From positions 21,858 to 85,857 of the forward strand of contig JAUSKB010000011.1 of assembly GCA_030647415.1 (NCBI GenBank): a stretch of 64,000 nucleotides of DNA. Direction: 5' to 3'. The position numbers were made by a program, and so were the translations under genes. The DNA is from a bacterium. Lineage in GTDB: Bacteria > Patescibacteriota > Minisyncoccia > UBA6257 > GWB1-50-10. Shown here in pieces: positions 1 to 9,319 of the stretch; within the stretch, counting starts at the first letter, position 1; the number at the start of each line of letters is the position of its first letter. A model generated the notes under the pieces. The model had not been told where the DNA came from and ran no database searches. It saw only the letters and a program-made list of their open reading frames with translations.

Positions 1-2554
1 CTAAAAACCCGTAGGATTGCGAACTCGCGCCGATATGATAATTCGCGCCGGGCGCCACATACATTTTGTAATATCCCTGGCTGTCCGTTTTCGCGTTTCC
101 GTTCCCCGGGCCTCCCTCCAGCCAGGCGTAGAGCGAAACACTCGCTAAACCGTTCCCCGCCGCGTCTTTCACATACCCCTCAATAAAATCAGACGGTGGC
201 GCGATAATTATGGTTGGCCCCTTGGGCGGATCAGTAATTTCATACGTGTCATCAACATCAACTTGCACCTCAACGGGGAAAGGCATATTTTCTCCGCCCA
301 CTCCTATTTTCCAGACCCCTTTTGAAACATTGAGCGTGAACGTACTGCTCGCCGTAACTTGCGCGCCGGTTCCTTTTCCGCCATTCGGTTGATAGGCAAA
401 CACCCATAATCTTCCGCGTTCTTCACTGCCAAATTGCCCGGATGGTTTTTGCACCGTGCCGACAATTCTATGTGTGGCCGAGGAAAACGTGAAATTTTTT
501 ACGGCGGTCAGCGTTGAAGACGATATGGTTGCTAACTGCGAATCAGGGTCGGTAAACGCGGTTGAAACCGTAATCCCGCCGGATGACGATGGCGGTATAT
601 GCGCCTCAATTCTATATGTTCCGTTTATCGGCACCCCAACGGCATAATTTGCGATACAATCGCCTCCGGTGGTAAAGAACGCCGGCTCAACTTGTTTAAA
701 GCCGGAATCCCCGGAATTAACGCTGTCGGGCATCGCGAATACAACAACTTGTTTATTTTGTCCGCCCGCCGCGCAGGACGCGCCCAACGTTACGGTGCCG
801 GAAATTTTCCGAGAAGTCGCCGGCATAAACAGATTTTGCGCCGCCGAAGTATTCACTTCTCTCCCCGCGGAATTCAAATGCGTTCCGGTTACATCATAGC
901 CCCAGGTATATCCCATTGAAGAAACACCCGTTATTGAAAATGTATCGGTGCCGGCATTGTACGTCATAAAGCCATCACCGACTGAATAGACCGTCATACC
1001 ACTCATTCCTCCGATTACAATACGAATGTTTGTGTTATCCCCGTCCGTCATCGGCGTTGACGTGCCCGACGAATAATACACCTTCGCGGTATACGCGCCC
1101 GCGATGTCGAAGAACGTGTTCGGTCCCATATCATTCATCACGCTTCCCGCAAGAACGTTGACGGGGCCTCCCTGCGCTCCCGCCGGCACTTTTACCACAA
1201 TTGAAGTATTGGACCAACTTCCGCCGGTATAATTCGCCTCAATGGGAGGAAGCGGTCCTGTTTGCTGGCTAAACCCGCCGGAAAAGAAAACCTTGTGATT
1301 GGCATCGCCAATAGTCCCCCCGCCCAGCGTACCGAAATTCGTTCCCGTAATCGTAACGGTTGAGCTTACCGCCCCCGATTGCGGACTTATGCTCGTAATA
1401 CTGGGAAGCGTAAGCGCCTGCACCGGCATACTTGAACTTGAGTAGGCGGTAAGTTTATTATTTGCCCCGCCCAGATCCGTAATCGTCGTGGAGGTGGGGA
1501 CAGAAAAGGAAGCGGTTCCAGACAATGCAAGTCCGCGAATGGTTATCTTCGTTCCGGAAAAATCTACAAACGGAAGGCCCATGCCTCCGCACGTAAGCGC
1601 CGCTCCGTTCACAATATAATTCGGCGTACAGTTCATCGCCTGCATCCCGTCAACATTTTCACTTAAGTTCAAAATAATTCTGTCGGTAAACGCCGTGGCG
1701 GAAGTTATAAACGGCGCCGCGTCCGCCGCAATCGTCACCATATTTGATACATTGCCCGCCTGGTCGTTTACTTGCACATCCACGCTTGTATAGGTGGTAG
1801 TATTAATCGCGAATGGCGCAAATTGACCGGATGGTCCCAACGTCGCTTGCCCTAACAGTGTCGTGCTGGCAGACACATACGCCTTGACTATGCTTCCATT
1901 CGTACCAATGGAAGCGCTCCCCATTGGCGCGAGTTGATTATTCCCAAGCAGAAAATATCCGGCCAAAATATTCGCCGGAGAAACCGCGTCTATGGAAATC
2001 ACCGCTGTTGACGTCGCGTTTATGGTCGGCGAAACACCGCTGGTGGCAACGCTGCTCGTCGCAACCGAAAGCACAAATTTATGCGTATCCGAATTTAATC
2101 CGCTTGCTGTTTTAAACGCGACGAGAAGCACGCTTGGCGTTGACGTTGAGAGCGCTACGGGAACTTTCAATGCAAGTGTCGTTGTAAATGGTCCTGCACC
2201 AGTCCATGAAGGAGTGGTGGACGCTTCCAAAAATCCGCTGGAAGCGCTGTATAAAGAAATACCCGAATTCGTGCTCGTTCCAAGCGCCGCAAGGTCGCTC
2301 GTTAAAAATCCGGTACTCGTCGCATCCGCGACAGAAATTGTAATCGCGGCAAGCGATTCACCTGCATTGCCGGTCAAAGAAATTTGTATGGCCGAGGTTG
2401 TCGCGCTTCCTCCCATTACCCACACTGGTCCTCCCAGTAAGTTTGTCGCGTTCCCAGAAACCGCAGCGCGAACCGTCACCAGATACGCGGAAGCGAAAGA
2501 AACGACTGCAACGACCGATACTACGAGGAACGCAATTTTATATAATTTTTTCAT
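1..2554 (-). CDS. Large secreted surface protein with IPT/TIG and carboxypeptidase-regulatory-like domains (runs off the window's left edge)
   Basis: Not in the ORF track because no stop lies in the window. Manual translation from ATG 2554 gives MKKLYKIAFLVVSVVAVVSFASAY (signal peptide), an IPT-like PSITSISPQSGAVSSTVTITGTNFG...WSNTSIVVKVP and TAKTDSQGYYKM near position 1. Frame spot-checked near 2554, 900 and 1. Confidence 0.8.
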   Translation of the reverse strand, partial: MKKLYKIAFLVVSVVAVVSFASAYLVTVRAAVSGNATNLLGGPVWVMGGSATTSAIQISLTGNAGESLAAITISVADATSTGFLTSDLAALGTSTNSGISLYSASSGFLEASTTPSWTGAGPFTTTLALKVPVALSTSTPSVLLVAFKTASGLNSDTHKFVLSVATSSVATSGVSPTINATSTAVISIDAVSPANILAGYFLLGNNQLAPMGSASIGTNGSIVKAYVSASTTLLGQATLGPSGQFAPFAINTTTYTSVDVQVNDQAGNVSNMVTIAADAAPFITSATAFTDRIILNLSENVDGMQAMNCTPNYIVNGAALTCGGMGLPFVDFSGTKITIRGLALSGTASFSVPTSTTITDLGGANNKLTAYSSSSMPVQALTLPSITSISPQSGAVSSTVTITGTNFGTLGGGTIGDANHKVFFSGGFSQQTGPLPPIEANYTGGSWSNTSIVVKVPAGAQGGPVNVLAGSVMNDMGPNTFFDIAGAYTAKVYYSSGTSTPMTDGDNTNIRIVIGGMSGMTVYSVGDGFMTYNAGTDTFSITGVSSMGYTWGYDVTGTHLNSAGREVNTSAAQNLFMPATSRKISGTVTLGASCAAGGQNKQVVVFAMPDSVNSGDSGFKQVEPAFFTTGGDCIANYAVGVPINGTYRIEAHIPPSSSGGITVSTAFTDPDSQLATISSSTLTAVKNFTFSSATHRIVGTVQKPSGQFGSEERGRLWVFAYQPNGGKGTGAQVTASSTFTLNVSKGVWKIGVGGENMPFPVEVQVDVDDTYEITDPPKGPTIIIAPPSDFIEGYVKDAAGNGLASVSLYAWLEGGPGNGNAKTDSQGYYKMYVAPGANYHIGASSQSYGFL

Positions 2555-2659
2555 CCCATTAGAAATAAACAAGCATAACCCAATTGACCAGAAAGGGCCT
2601 CGTATTCAAATGCTTTGTTGTTCATAAAAATTGATTGCATGTTTATTTCTAACGGGATG
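2552..2659. mobile_element. ~108-bp inverted-repeat element, TTAGA/TCTAA family copy 1
   Basis: catcccattagaaataaacaagca (2552-2575) versus tgcatgtttatttctaacgggatg (2636-2659) are 22/24 complementary. The arm includes the ATG of the gene at 2554. Confidence 0.65.
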
Positions 2660-2668
2660 CATCCCTAC

Positions 2669-3823
2669 CTACAGAAGTCCATTTAGTTTCGCGCGGGTTT
2701 TCGGTCCCACAAAACCATAGCCGGAATCGCCCGGCTTCGCGATATTGTATTTCTCCTGGAAGGCCTTCACCGCGCTTTCAGTCAAGGCGCCGAAATATCC
2801 GGTCGCGGACACATTCAAGAGACCTTCGTTCTTCAGTATGTTCTGAAGCGCTGTCACGTCTGCTCCCTTCGAGCCTGCGCCTAATGGCCGGTTGAAAGCC
2901 GTGCGGGGAGCGGCGGCGGGAGACGATGGCGTCGTGGCGGGCGCCGGAGCAGGCACGGAGATGGGCGCGGACGGAATAATGTTTTCCGCAATCTTCGTCC
3001 GGGTAAGGGGTCCGAGATACCCGGTGGCCGGAAGTCCAATGCTCGCTTGGTATCGCGCCAGAGCCGCCCGGGTAGCATTCCCGAATAGATTTGTTTCGTG
3101 ACCTGGGGACCCCGCGCCGCCTGCCGCCACCGGAAAACCGTTGCTGTTTAAGAATGTTTGAAGTTGCCGCACATCTTCACCGTGCGAATTAAACTGTAAA
3201 TTGCGTGAAAAAGACGCTCCACCGCCCGCCGCGGTTGAAGGAGCCGCTCCTTGTTGCGTACCTGCTTTGTTTTGTAGGACCTGCAATTGAGCGAGCAACG
3301 CGCTCAATTGGTTTTGCGCCGAAGTGCTGGTACTGGCGCTGGTACTGGCGGGGGTGGCAACGGAAGTTGTGGTAGCGGCAGTCGGCGCTACATACGTACC
3401 GCCGCCTCCCCCGCCGCCGCTGACATTGACCGTAGCTGCTGATGAAACCGTGATGGTATAGGCAAAGCTTGCCACCGTCGAAGAAGCGCTATTTGCATAG
3501 CAGGCAATCGCTTTAATGGTCGCCGATGAGCCCACCGAGATTGCGCTGGAGTATGTCGTGCCGGTTGAAGGGCAGGCCGGCGCGCTGCCGTCGGTAGTGT
3601 ACCGGATGCTGGTCTCGCCGGTGGCGTCCAAGGTAACGCTCTGGGCAGAGGTGTAACTGCCCGCCGCGGGACTCGCGGTCGGCGCCGCCACTACCGTCCC
3701 CTCCACGGGACAATTCACGCCGGTGCACAGCGAACCGGTTATTTCAGACGCAAGAACAGGAAGCGCCGCAAGGAAACCAACCGCACATATGAGTAATGTT
3801 TTTGAGTTCACTATCCTATTCAT
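2669..3823 (-). CDS. Secreted peptidoglycan-binding protein (Fn3-associated domain + two PG_binding_1 domains)
   Basis: Signal peptide; PTASPAAGSY...IRYTTDGSAP...IKAIA (Fn3_assoc/CHB_HEX_C-like); two G.DV..LQ..L...GYFG..T..A...FQ PG-binding repeats. Confidence 0.85.
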   Translation of the reverse strand: MNRIVNSKTLLICAVGFLAALPVLASEITGSLCTGVNCPVEGTVVAAPTASPAAGSYTSAQSVTLDATGETSIRYTTDGSAPACPSTGTTYSSAISVGSSATIKAIACYANSASSTVASFAYTITVSSAATVNVSGGGGGGGTYVAPTAATTTSVATPASTSASTSTSAQNQLSALLAQLQVLQNKAGTQQGAAPSTAAGGGASFSRNLQFNSHGEDVRQLQTFLNSNGFPVAAGGAGSPGHETNLFGNATRAALARYQASIGLPATGYLGPLTRTKIAENIIPSAPISVPAPAPATTPSSPAAAPRTAFNRPLGAGSKGADVTALQNILKNEGLLNVSATGYFGALTESAVKAFQEKYNIAKPGDSGYGFVGPKTRAKLNGLL

Positions 3824-3833
3824 TTTTAATTAC

Positions 3834-6800
3834 CTATTGCGACTGTATCCCGTAGCTCGTGGAATACGATCCGCCCGCCGAACCGGTCGGCACTTTCGCT
3901 TCCACCACTATCTGAATCTGGCGGCCGGCGGTATTCGCGTCCAAGTCAGCGTTCAATGTCATCGCGCTGGGATACGTATTTGCCGCGGTGATGGTGATTG
4001 GCGAGCTTGAGGTCGCGTTTGAGGACTGCGCCGAGTAGAAGCGGATGTTGCTTGCCGCGGCAATGGTGTTTGAACCGCTTATCCAATCCGCGAATTTCAT
4101 CGTCGTGCTCGTCTCGCCCGTCGGCACCGTCACGCTGAACACCCAGCTCCACCCGCTTGCATACGTGTCGTTGGCGGTGGCAAAGGTGCTTGAGGCGGAA
4201 ATTCCCGTTACCGCGAGCGTGACCGACTCCGCAGTCGTGGTGAATTCCTGACTGGCTTTGGTGGTGTACGCGGTTACAGTGTTACCCGCGGCATCTTTGG
4301 CTCCCGTTACCCACAAATAGTATTGCGTGCTGTTCGCCAGATTCGCTATAGGGTCAATCGTCACTATGGTGCGCGCGTCATTCATAGAGTAGGAGGCGCT
4401 AACGACACTGTCACCACTGTACAAGCGAAGCTGGACTGTGTTGGTATTCACCGTATTCGCATCCATTGCTTCACTGAAAGTTACTGTCGGTGAGGCGGTA
4501 ATCGCGGTTGTCGTCGCGCCGTCTACGGGCGACTGTGCGGAGACGGTCGGCGCGGTGGTGTCAGTTGCCGCCGTGGTAAATGCGCTGGTTGAACTCGCGC
4601 CGTAGGCAGTCGCGAGCGCATTCCCCGTAGCGTCCTGAACACTGGTTGAAGCGTAGAGATAGTACGAGGTCGTTGCGGTTAGTGAGGAAAGCGGGGCAAT
4701 AATCACTCGCTTGCCGCCGTTCCCCAGGGAAACCGTAGCGGTCACCACGGAATCATCCGAGGACTTGCGAAGCTGCGCCGTATTGGAATTGACCGAAGAA
4801 ACCTTGAGTTCTTCGGAAAATTCAATGTACGGCTGTATTGTGGCGACAACGCTGGTAGAAGCATTTGTCGGATATTGGCTAGAGACGGTCGGCGCGGTGG
4901 TATCGGACCCTATTGTCGTGAATGTCTGGTCACCAGATGTTCCTGTATTACCGGATGCGTCGCTTGAAAGTACGCGGAAGTGGTAGAGGGTGCTTGCAAT
5001 AAGCCCGGTGAGACCCCGCGAATGAGACGTGGTTGACGTAGTCGATACTGTCGAAGATCCGTAGCTTGAGGTCGTGCCATACTGGATTGTAGATGAAGCG
5101 CTCGTTTCGCTCGTCGTCCATGCTATTGACACGCTTGAGCTGGTAATAGAGCTTGCCTGGATGTTTGAGATAGTGGGGGCGGTGGTATCGGCGGAGGCGG
5201 ATACGGTTACGCTTGTTGAGCTGGTAATAGTTGCGTCCGCATAATCACGAGCAGTAATTGTTACGGTTTGCGCCGTGTTGAGTGTTACGCCACTCGTGAA
5301 TGTCTTGGTCCCGGCATCACCGGATACGAACGGATAGGACTCCGGGCTAAGATCGTACGGTGCGGTTGCGGACGCCGAGATAAATACCACACCCGTGTAC
5401 ACGGTTCCATTTACGCCACTCGCGGTATTTCCACTAGTATCTTTTGCCGTAACCGTAAGATTAAACGCTGTTCCCGCCGTCGGCGTCGCCGTTGATGGGG
5501 TGACGGTGTAGGTGGATGCGGCGGCGTGTCGTACCGTCACACTCGTGGAAGTTCCTGTCAGGGTTGCGTCATTCACCGTAATGGCGCCTAACACTTCGGC
5601 TCTCGTCAGCGTAAAGGTTGCAAGAGAAGCCACGCCGCTTGAGAATGCGGCTTGAACGGTTGAACTCGCGGGAATGGTGGGGGCGGTCCCATTCGGCGAT
5701 GTGTGCGTGCTTAACGCAGTACTGCTTGCATCCAGGAAATTATATGTCTTCCCGGTCGCGCTATATCCAGTGTCGGTAATATCACCCGCATTTGCCGCGG
5801 TAAGCGTCATGGTATCCGCCGAACCAGCCGTCGGCGTAGATGTCGCGAGCGTAACCAAGAATTTGGTGGCCACCACATTCGAGACCGTGGAACTCGCGGT
5901 GCTTGACGCGCTATTAAAGTTATTTGTTCCTGCCGCGTCATCGGTAAAGCTCAAGACGAAGGCCTGTTGGTCGGCGGTTGCGGTATACAGGATCGTGGAG
6001 AAGGTGGAGACGCCGTTCGAGGCGGTGGAGGTCGTCGTGCCAGAGAGAGTACCAGCGCCGCTATAGACCGCGGCAGTAACCACATCGGTGTTGGCCAAAG
6101 CATCAAGCGTATTCTGCGCGTCAACGAATCGTATCACCGGCTGGGTCATCGAGACGCCGGAAATGGAGGAGGTCGGATTGGTGTAGACGATAACCTTGGT
6201 GGCGACAACGTCCGAGGTGACGGCGTTTGCATTGACAGTTGCGAGATTTCCCTCCGCGCCACCCGCAACATCATCCGCAGTAAGGGTGAATGCTTCCTGG
6301 TCAGCGGAGGCGGTGTAAATCAAGTCATCGCTAGTAGCAAAATTAGCGACACCGGCGACGGCGGCCTCTGTGGCATTCGCCAGGGTGCCGGTAGACGCTT
6401 CCGTCAGAGTAATCACCTCAACGAAATCAGTGTCAGTCGCGCCAGCTGCGTTTCTGGCTGTTACCACTGGCTGGGTCACGAGGGCGATGCCGGAGGTGGC
6501 GGAGGCCGGTTGCGTGGTAAAGGCAAGCACGGTGGCAATAACGTTTGACAATGTTGAACTCGCGGTGCTTGATGCGCTATTGAAGTTATTCGTGCCTGCC
6601 GCGTCATCAGCAAAACGTAGGACAAAGGCGCTTTGGTCAGTAGTTGAGGAGTAGATGAGGCCGGAGAAGGTGGCGACGCCGTTCGAGGCAGATGAGGTGG
6701 TGTTGCCCGACACCGTTCCTCCACCGCTTAGAACTTCTGCCGTCACCACATCAGCGTTCGCGAACGTGTCAAGCGCGTCAGCCGCGTTCACAAACCTGAT

Positions 6801-8720
6801 GACGGGCTGGGTCATGGAGACGCCGGAAACCGTGGAGGTCGGATTGGTGTAGACAATGGTCTTGGTGGCGATAACGTTTGACAATGTTGAACTCGCGGTG
6901 CTTGATGCGCTATTGAAGTTGTTCGTGCCTGCCACGTCATCGGTAAAGCTCAAGACGAAGGCGCTTTGGTCAGTAGTTGAGGAGTAGATAAGGCCGGAGA
7001 AGGTGGAGACGCCGTTCGAGGCGGTAGAGGTCGTCGTGCCAGAGAGAGTACCAGCGCCGCTATAGACCGCGGCCGTAACCACGTCAGTGTTGACCGCCGC
7101 ATCCAGCGTGTTCTGCGCGTTAACGAATCGAATGACGGGCTGGGTCATGGAGACGCCGGAAACCGTGGAGGTCGGATTGGTGAAGACGATAACCTTGGTG
7201 GCGACAACGTCCGAGGTGAGGGCGTTTGCATTGACAGCCGCAAGGTCGCCTTCGGCGCCACCAGCAACATCATCCGCAGCAAGGGTAAACGCTTCCTGGT
7301 CAACCGAAGCGGTGTACGCAAGACCGGAGAAAGTGGCGACACCAGAAACCGCGCTTGTGGTCGCATTCGCCAGGGTGCCGGTAGACGCTTCCGTCAGAGT
7401 AATCACCTCAACGAAATCAGTGTCAGTCGCGCCAGCTGCGTTTCTGGCTGTTACCACTGGCTGGGTGACCAACGCGATGCCGGAGGTGGCGGAGGCCGGT
7501 TGCGTGGTAAAGGCAAGCACGGTGGCAACAACGTTTGACAATGTTGAACTCGCGTCCACCGGGGCGCCATTAAAGTTATTCGTGCCTGCCGCGTCATCGG
7601 TGAAACGCAGGACAAAGGCGCTTTGGTCGGTTGATGAGGAGTAAAGAAGACCAGAGAAGGTGGAGACGCCGTTCGAGGCGGTAGAGGTCGTCGCGCCGGA
7701 CAATGATCCACTGCCGCTCTGGACTGAAACGGTTACCACGTCAGTGTTGACCGCGGCATCCAGCGTGTTCTGGGCGTCAACGAATCGAATGACGGGCTGG
7801 GTCATAGAGATGCCGGAAACGGTGGAGGTCGGATTAGTGAAGACGATAACCTTGGTGGCGACAACGTTCGAGGTGACGGCGTTGGCGGTAGTTGTAGCAA
7901 GGTTCGTACCCACACCAGCATCATCATCAGCGGTCAAGGTGAATGCCTCTTGGTCAACCGAGGCGGTGTAAATCAAGCTAGCGCCAGTAGCAAAATTAGC
8001 AACACCGGCGACGGCGGCCTCTGTGGCATTCGCCAGCGTGCCGGTAGCGGTTTCAGTCAGAGTAATAAGTTCTGTGAAATTGGTGTCAGTGTTTCCATAT
8101 GTGTCACGCGCCGTTACGACTGGTTGAGTCACCAGTGCGATGCCGGAGGTGGCAGAGGCCGGTTGGGTGGTGAAAACAATTTGCGTAGCAGTCCCCGGCG
8201 TAAGCGTCACGCCCGCAATTCCGCTCTGGGCAGTTTCACCTGATGCGTTACTTGTAATTGTGAAAGTTCCTGTCGCTCCAGAAGTTGTCGCGTTCGTGAT
8301 ACCAGTCGTTATTCGAAAAGTCGTCCCTGTCCCCGTGCCGAGATCATAACCACTCGTTAAGGTCGCTTTAATGGTGCTACTCGCCGAACTACCGATAACA
8401 CTATCTATGCTACGGTCCACACCGTCCACGCTGATAAAGCCGGAGGTTACACACCCGCTATTACAAATGGCTGAAGCCCCAAGCGATCCATTTGTGATTG
8501 CGTAGCCAGCGGGAAACGTAACGGTAAGAGTCGTCGCGGTTGATGTTGTATTTGTATCAAACGAAACATTGTAATCAGCGTTCGCGGCGCCTACCACCAA
8601 ATCAGCCGCAGCAGTCCCAGCCACCGAACCACCGCTCACTGTCGCGTGAGCATTCGGAACCAAAACAAAACCACCGATTAAAACGAACGCGACTACTAAA
8701 AGAAAACTAGATTTTTTCAT
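3834..8720 (-). CDS. 1628-aa Thr/Ser/Ala-rich surface protein with seven ~110-aa Ig-like repeats, an FN3 domain and two SbsA/Big_5-like domains
   Basis: Probable start MKKSSFLLVVAFVLIGG (signal peptide) at 8720 rather than 8843. FTTQP/FTNP repeats, DTTAPTISNI...WTT...YGTTSSYG (FN3), DTTAPTV...FSE (Big_5). Confidence 0.85.
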   Translation of the reverse strand: MKKSSFLLVVAFVLIGGFVLVPNAHATVSGGSVAGTAAADLVVGAANADYNVSFDTNTTSTATTLTVTFPAGYAITNGSLGASAICNSGCVTSGFISVDGVDRSIDSVIGSSASSTIKATLTSGYDLGTGTGTTFRITTGITNATTSGATGTFTITSNASGETAQSGIAGVTLTPGTATQIVFTTQPASATSGIALVTQPVVTARDTYGNTDTNFTELITLTETATGTLANATEAAVAGVANFATGASLIYTASVDQEAFTLTADDDAGVGTNLATTTANAVTSNVVATKVIVFTNPTSTVSGISMTQPVIRFVDAQNTLDAAVNTDVVTVSVQSGSGSLSGATTSTASNGVSTFSGLLYSSSTDQSAFVLRFTDDAAGTNNFNGAPVDASSTLSNVVATVLAFTTQPASATSGIALVTQPVVTARNAAGATDTDFVEVITLTEASTGTLANATTSAVSGVATFSGLAYTASVDQEAFTLAADDVAGGAEGDLAAVNANALTSDVVATKVIVFTNPTSTVSGVSMTQPVIRFVNAQNTLDAAVNTDVVTAAVYSGAGTLSGTTTSTASNGVSTFSGLIYSSTTDQSAFVLSFTDDVAGTNNFNSASSTASSTLSNVIATKTIVYTNPTSTVSGVSMTQPVIRFVNAADALDTFANADVVTAEVLSGGGTVSGNTTSSASNGVATFSGLIYSSTTDQSAFVLRFADDAAGTNNFNSASSTASSTLSNVIATVLAFTTQPASATSGIALVTQPVVTARNAAGATDTDFVEVITLTEASTGTLANATEAAVAGVANFATSDDLIYTASADQEAFTLTADDVAGGAEGNLATVNANAVTSDVVATKVIVYTNPTSSISGVSMTQPVIRFVDAQNTLDALANTDVVTAAVYSGAGTLSGTTTSTASNGVSTFSTILYTATADQQAFVLSFTDDAAGTNNFNSASSTASSTVSNVVATKFLVTLATSTPTAGSADTMTLTAANAGDITDTGYSATGKTYNFLDASSTALSTHTSPNGTAPTIPASSTVQAAFSSGVASLATFTLTRAEVLGAITVNDATLTGTSTSVTVRHAAASTYTVTPSTATPTAGTAFNLTVTAKDTSGNTASGVNGTVYTGVVFISASATAPYDLSPESYPFVSGDAGTKTFTSGVTLNTAQTVTITARDYADATITSSTSVTVSASADTTAPTISNIQASSITSSSVSIAWTTSETSASSTIQYGTTSSYGSSTVSTTSTTSHSRGLTGLIASTLYHFRVLSSDASGNTGTSGDQTFTTIGSDTTAPTVSSQYPTNASTSVVATIQPYIEFSEELKVSSVNSNTAQLRKSSDDSVVTATVSLGNGGKRVIIAPLSSLTATTSYYLYASTSVQDATGNALATAYGASSTSAFTTAATDTTAPTVSAQSPVDGATTTAITASPTVTFSEAMDANTVNTNTVQLRLYSGDSVVSASYSMNDARTIVTIDPIANLANSTQYYLWVTGAKDAAGNTVTAYTTKASQEFTTTAESVTLAVTGISASSTFATANDTYASGWSWVFSVTVPTGETSTTMKFADWISGSNTIAAASNIRFYSAQSSNATSSSPITITAANTYPSAMTLNADLDANTAGRQIQIVVEAKVPTGSAGGSYSTSYGIQSQ
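5870..8180. repeat. Intragenic ~330-bp Ig-domain repeats, two types in order A-B-A-B-B-A-B
   Basis: Near-identical DNA, e.g. gtagacgcttccgtcagagtaatcacctca at 6391 and 7381 (990 bp apart). Protein units QPASATSGIALVTQP (x3) and TNPTS..SG.SMTQP (x4). Confidence 0.9.
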
Positions 8721-9145
8721 ATTTATTACGAACTGAATTCTATCGCAGGTTCTTCCGCCAGAGGCACCGTGCCTACCGGCGGGCAGGGATCCACCTTCGC
8801 GCTTGCAAACGACCTTTTGTTTTTTTGCGCGGGAAGGTTTCAAGAACCTGCGTTTATTGTTTTAGATAGTTATGCCGAATATTTCTTGATGCCTGAATGA
8901 CCTTTTTATAAGATCTGAAATTAGGGTTAGTTATCAAATCAATATCGTACGTACATTGTAGCATACCCACTATTCTTCACCTGTGGATATGTGCAAAATA
9001 TGCACATACTGCGCGAGCCACGCGATTATCCGCTGGCGCTGCTGGAACGCTGCGTCTGAAATAATAGGTAGTAATGGCAGGTGAGAGTGGCGAGTTCGCG
9101 AAGGCGGGCCCGACTCGCATACAGGCGAGGCAGGGTGTAGGATTC

Positions 9146-9253
9146 ACCCTGTTAGAGATTTGCATACAATTTTCTGCCATATTTAAGTATGACGGTACTG
9201 AAAGCAAAAATGTACACCGAGAAAGTAGCGTGCGTGCAAATCTCTAACAGGGT
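9146..9253. mobile_element. 108-bp inverted-repeat element, TTAGA/TCTAA family copy 2
   Basis: Perfect 19-bp arms accctgttagagatttgca (9146-9164) / tgcaaatctctaacagggt (9235-9253), followed by a stray partial arm ttctaacagg. Confidence 0.75.
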
Positions 9254-9319
9254 AAACTTCTAACAGGTTGTTCGACTCTGAGAGTCTCAGACTCGAAGAG
9301 GTAAATCCTGAAACCACGC

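Noticed and set aside
8721-8843. N-terminal extensions in the ORF track (also 58814-59074, 62622-62870, 50382-50666, 39392-39565, 32019-32192)
   Set aside because: They precede clear signal peptides or family N-termini, run through repeat DNA, or overlap neighbouring genes.
9146-9253. Canonical integron attC site
   Set aside because: The GTTAGA/TCTAAC cores are in the opposite order to attC (RYYYAAC...GTTRRRY), and no intI is visible. The resemblance is noted only.
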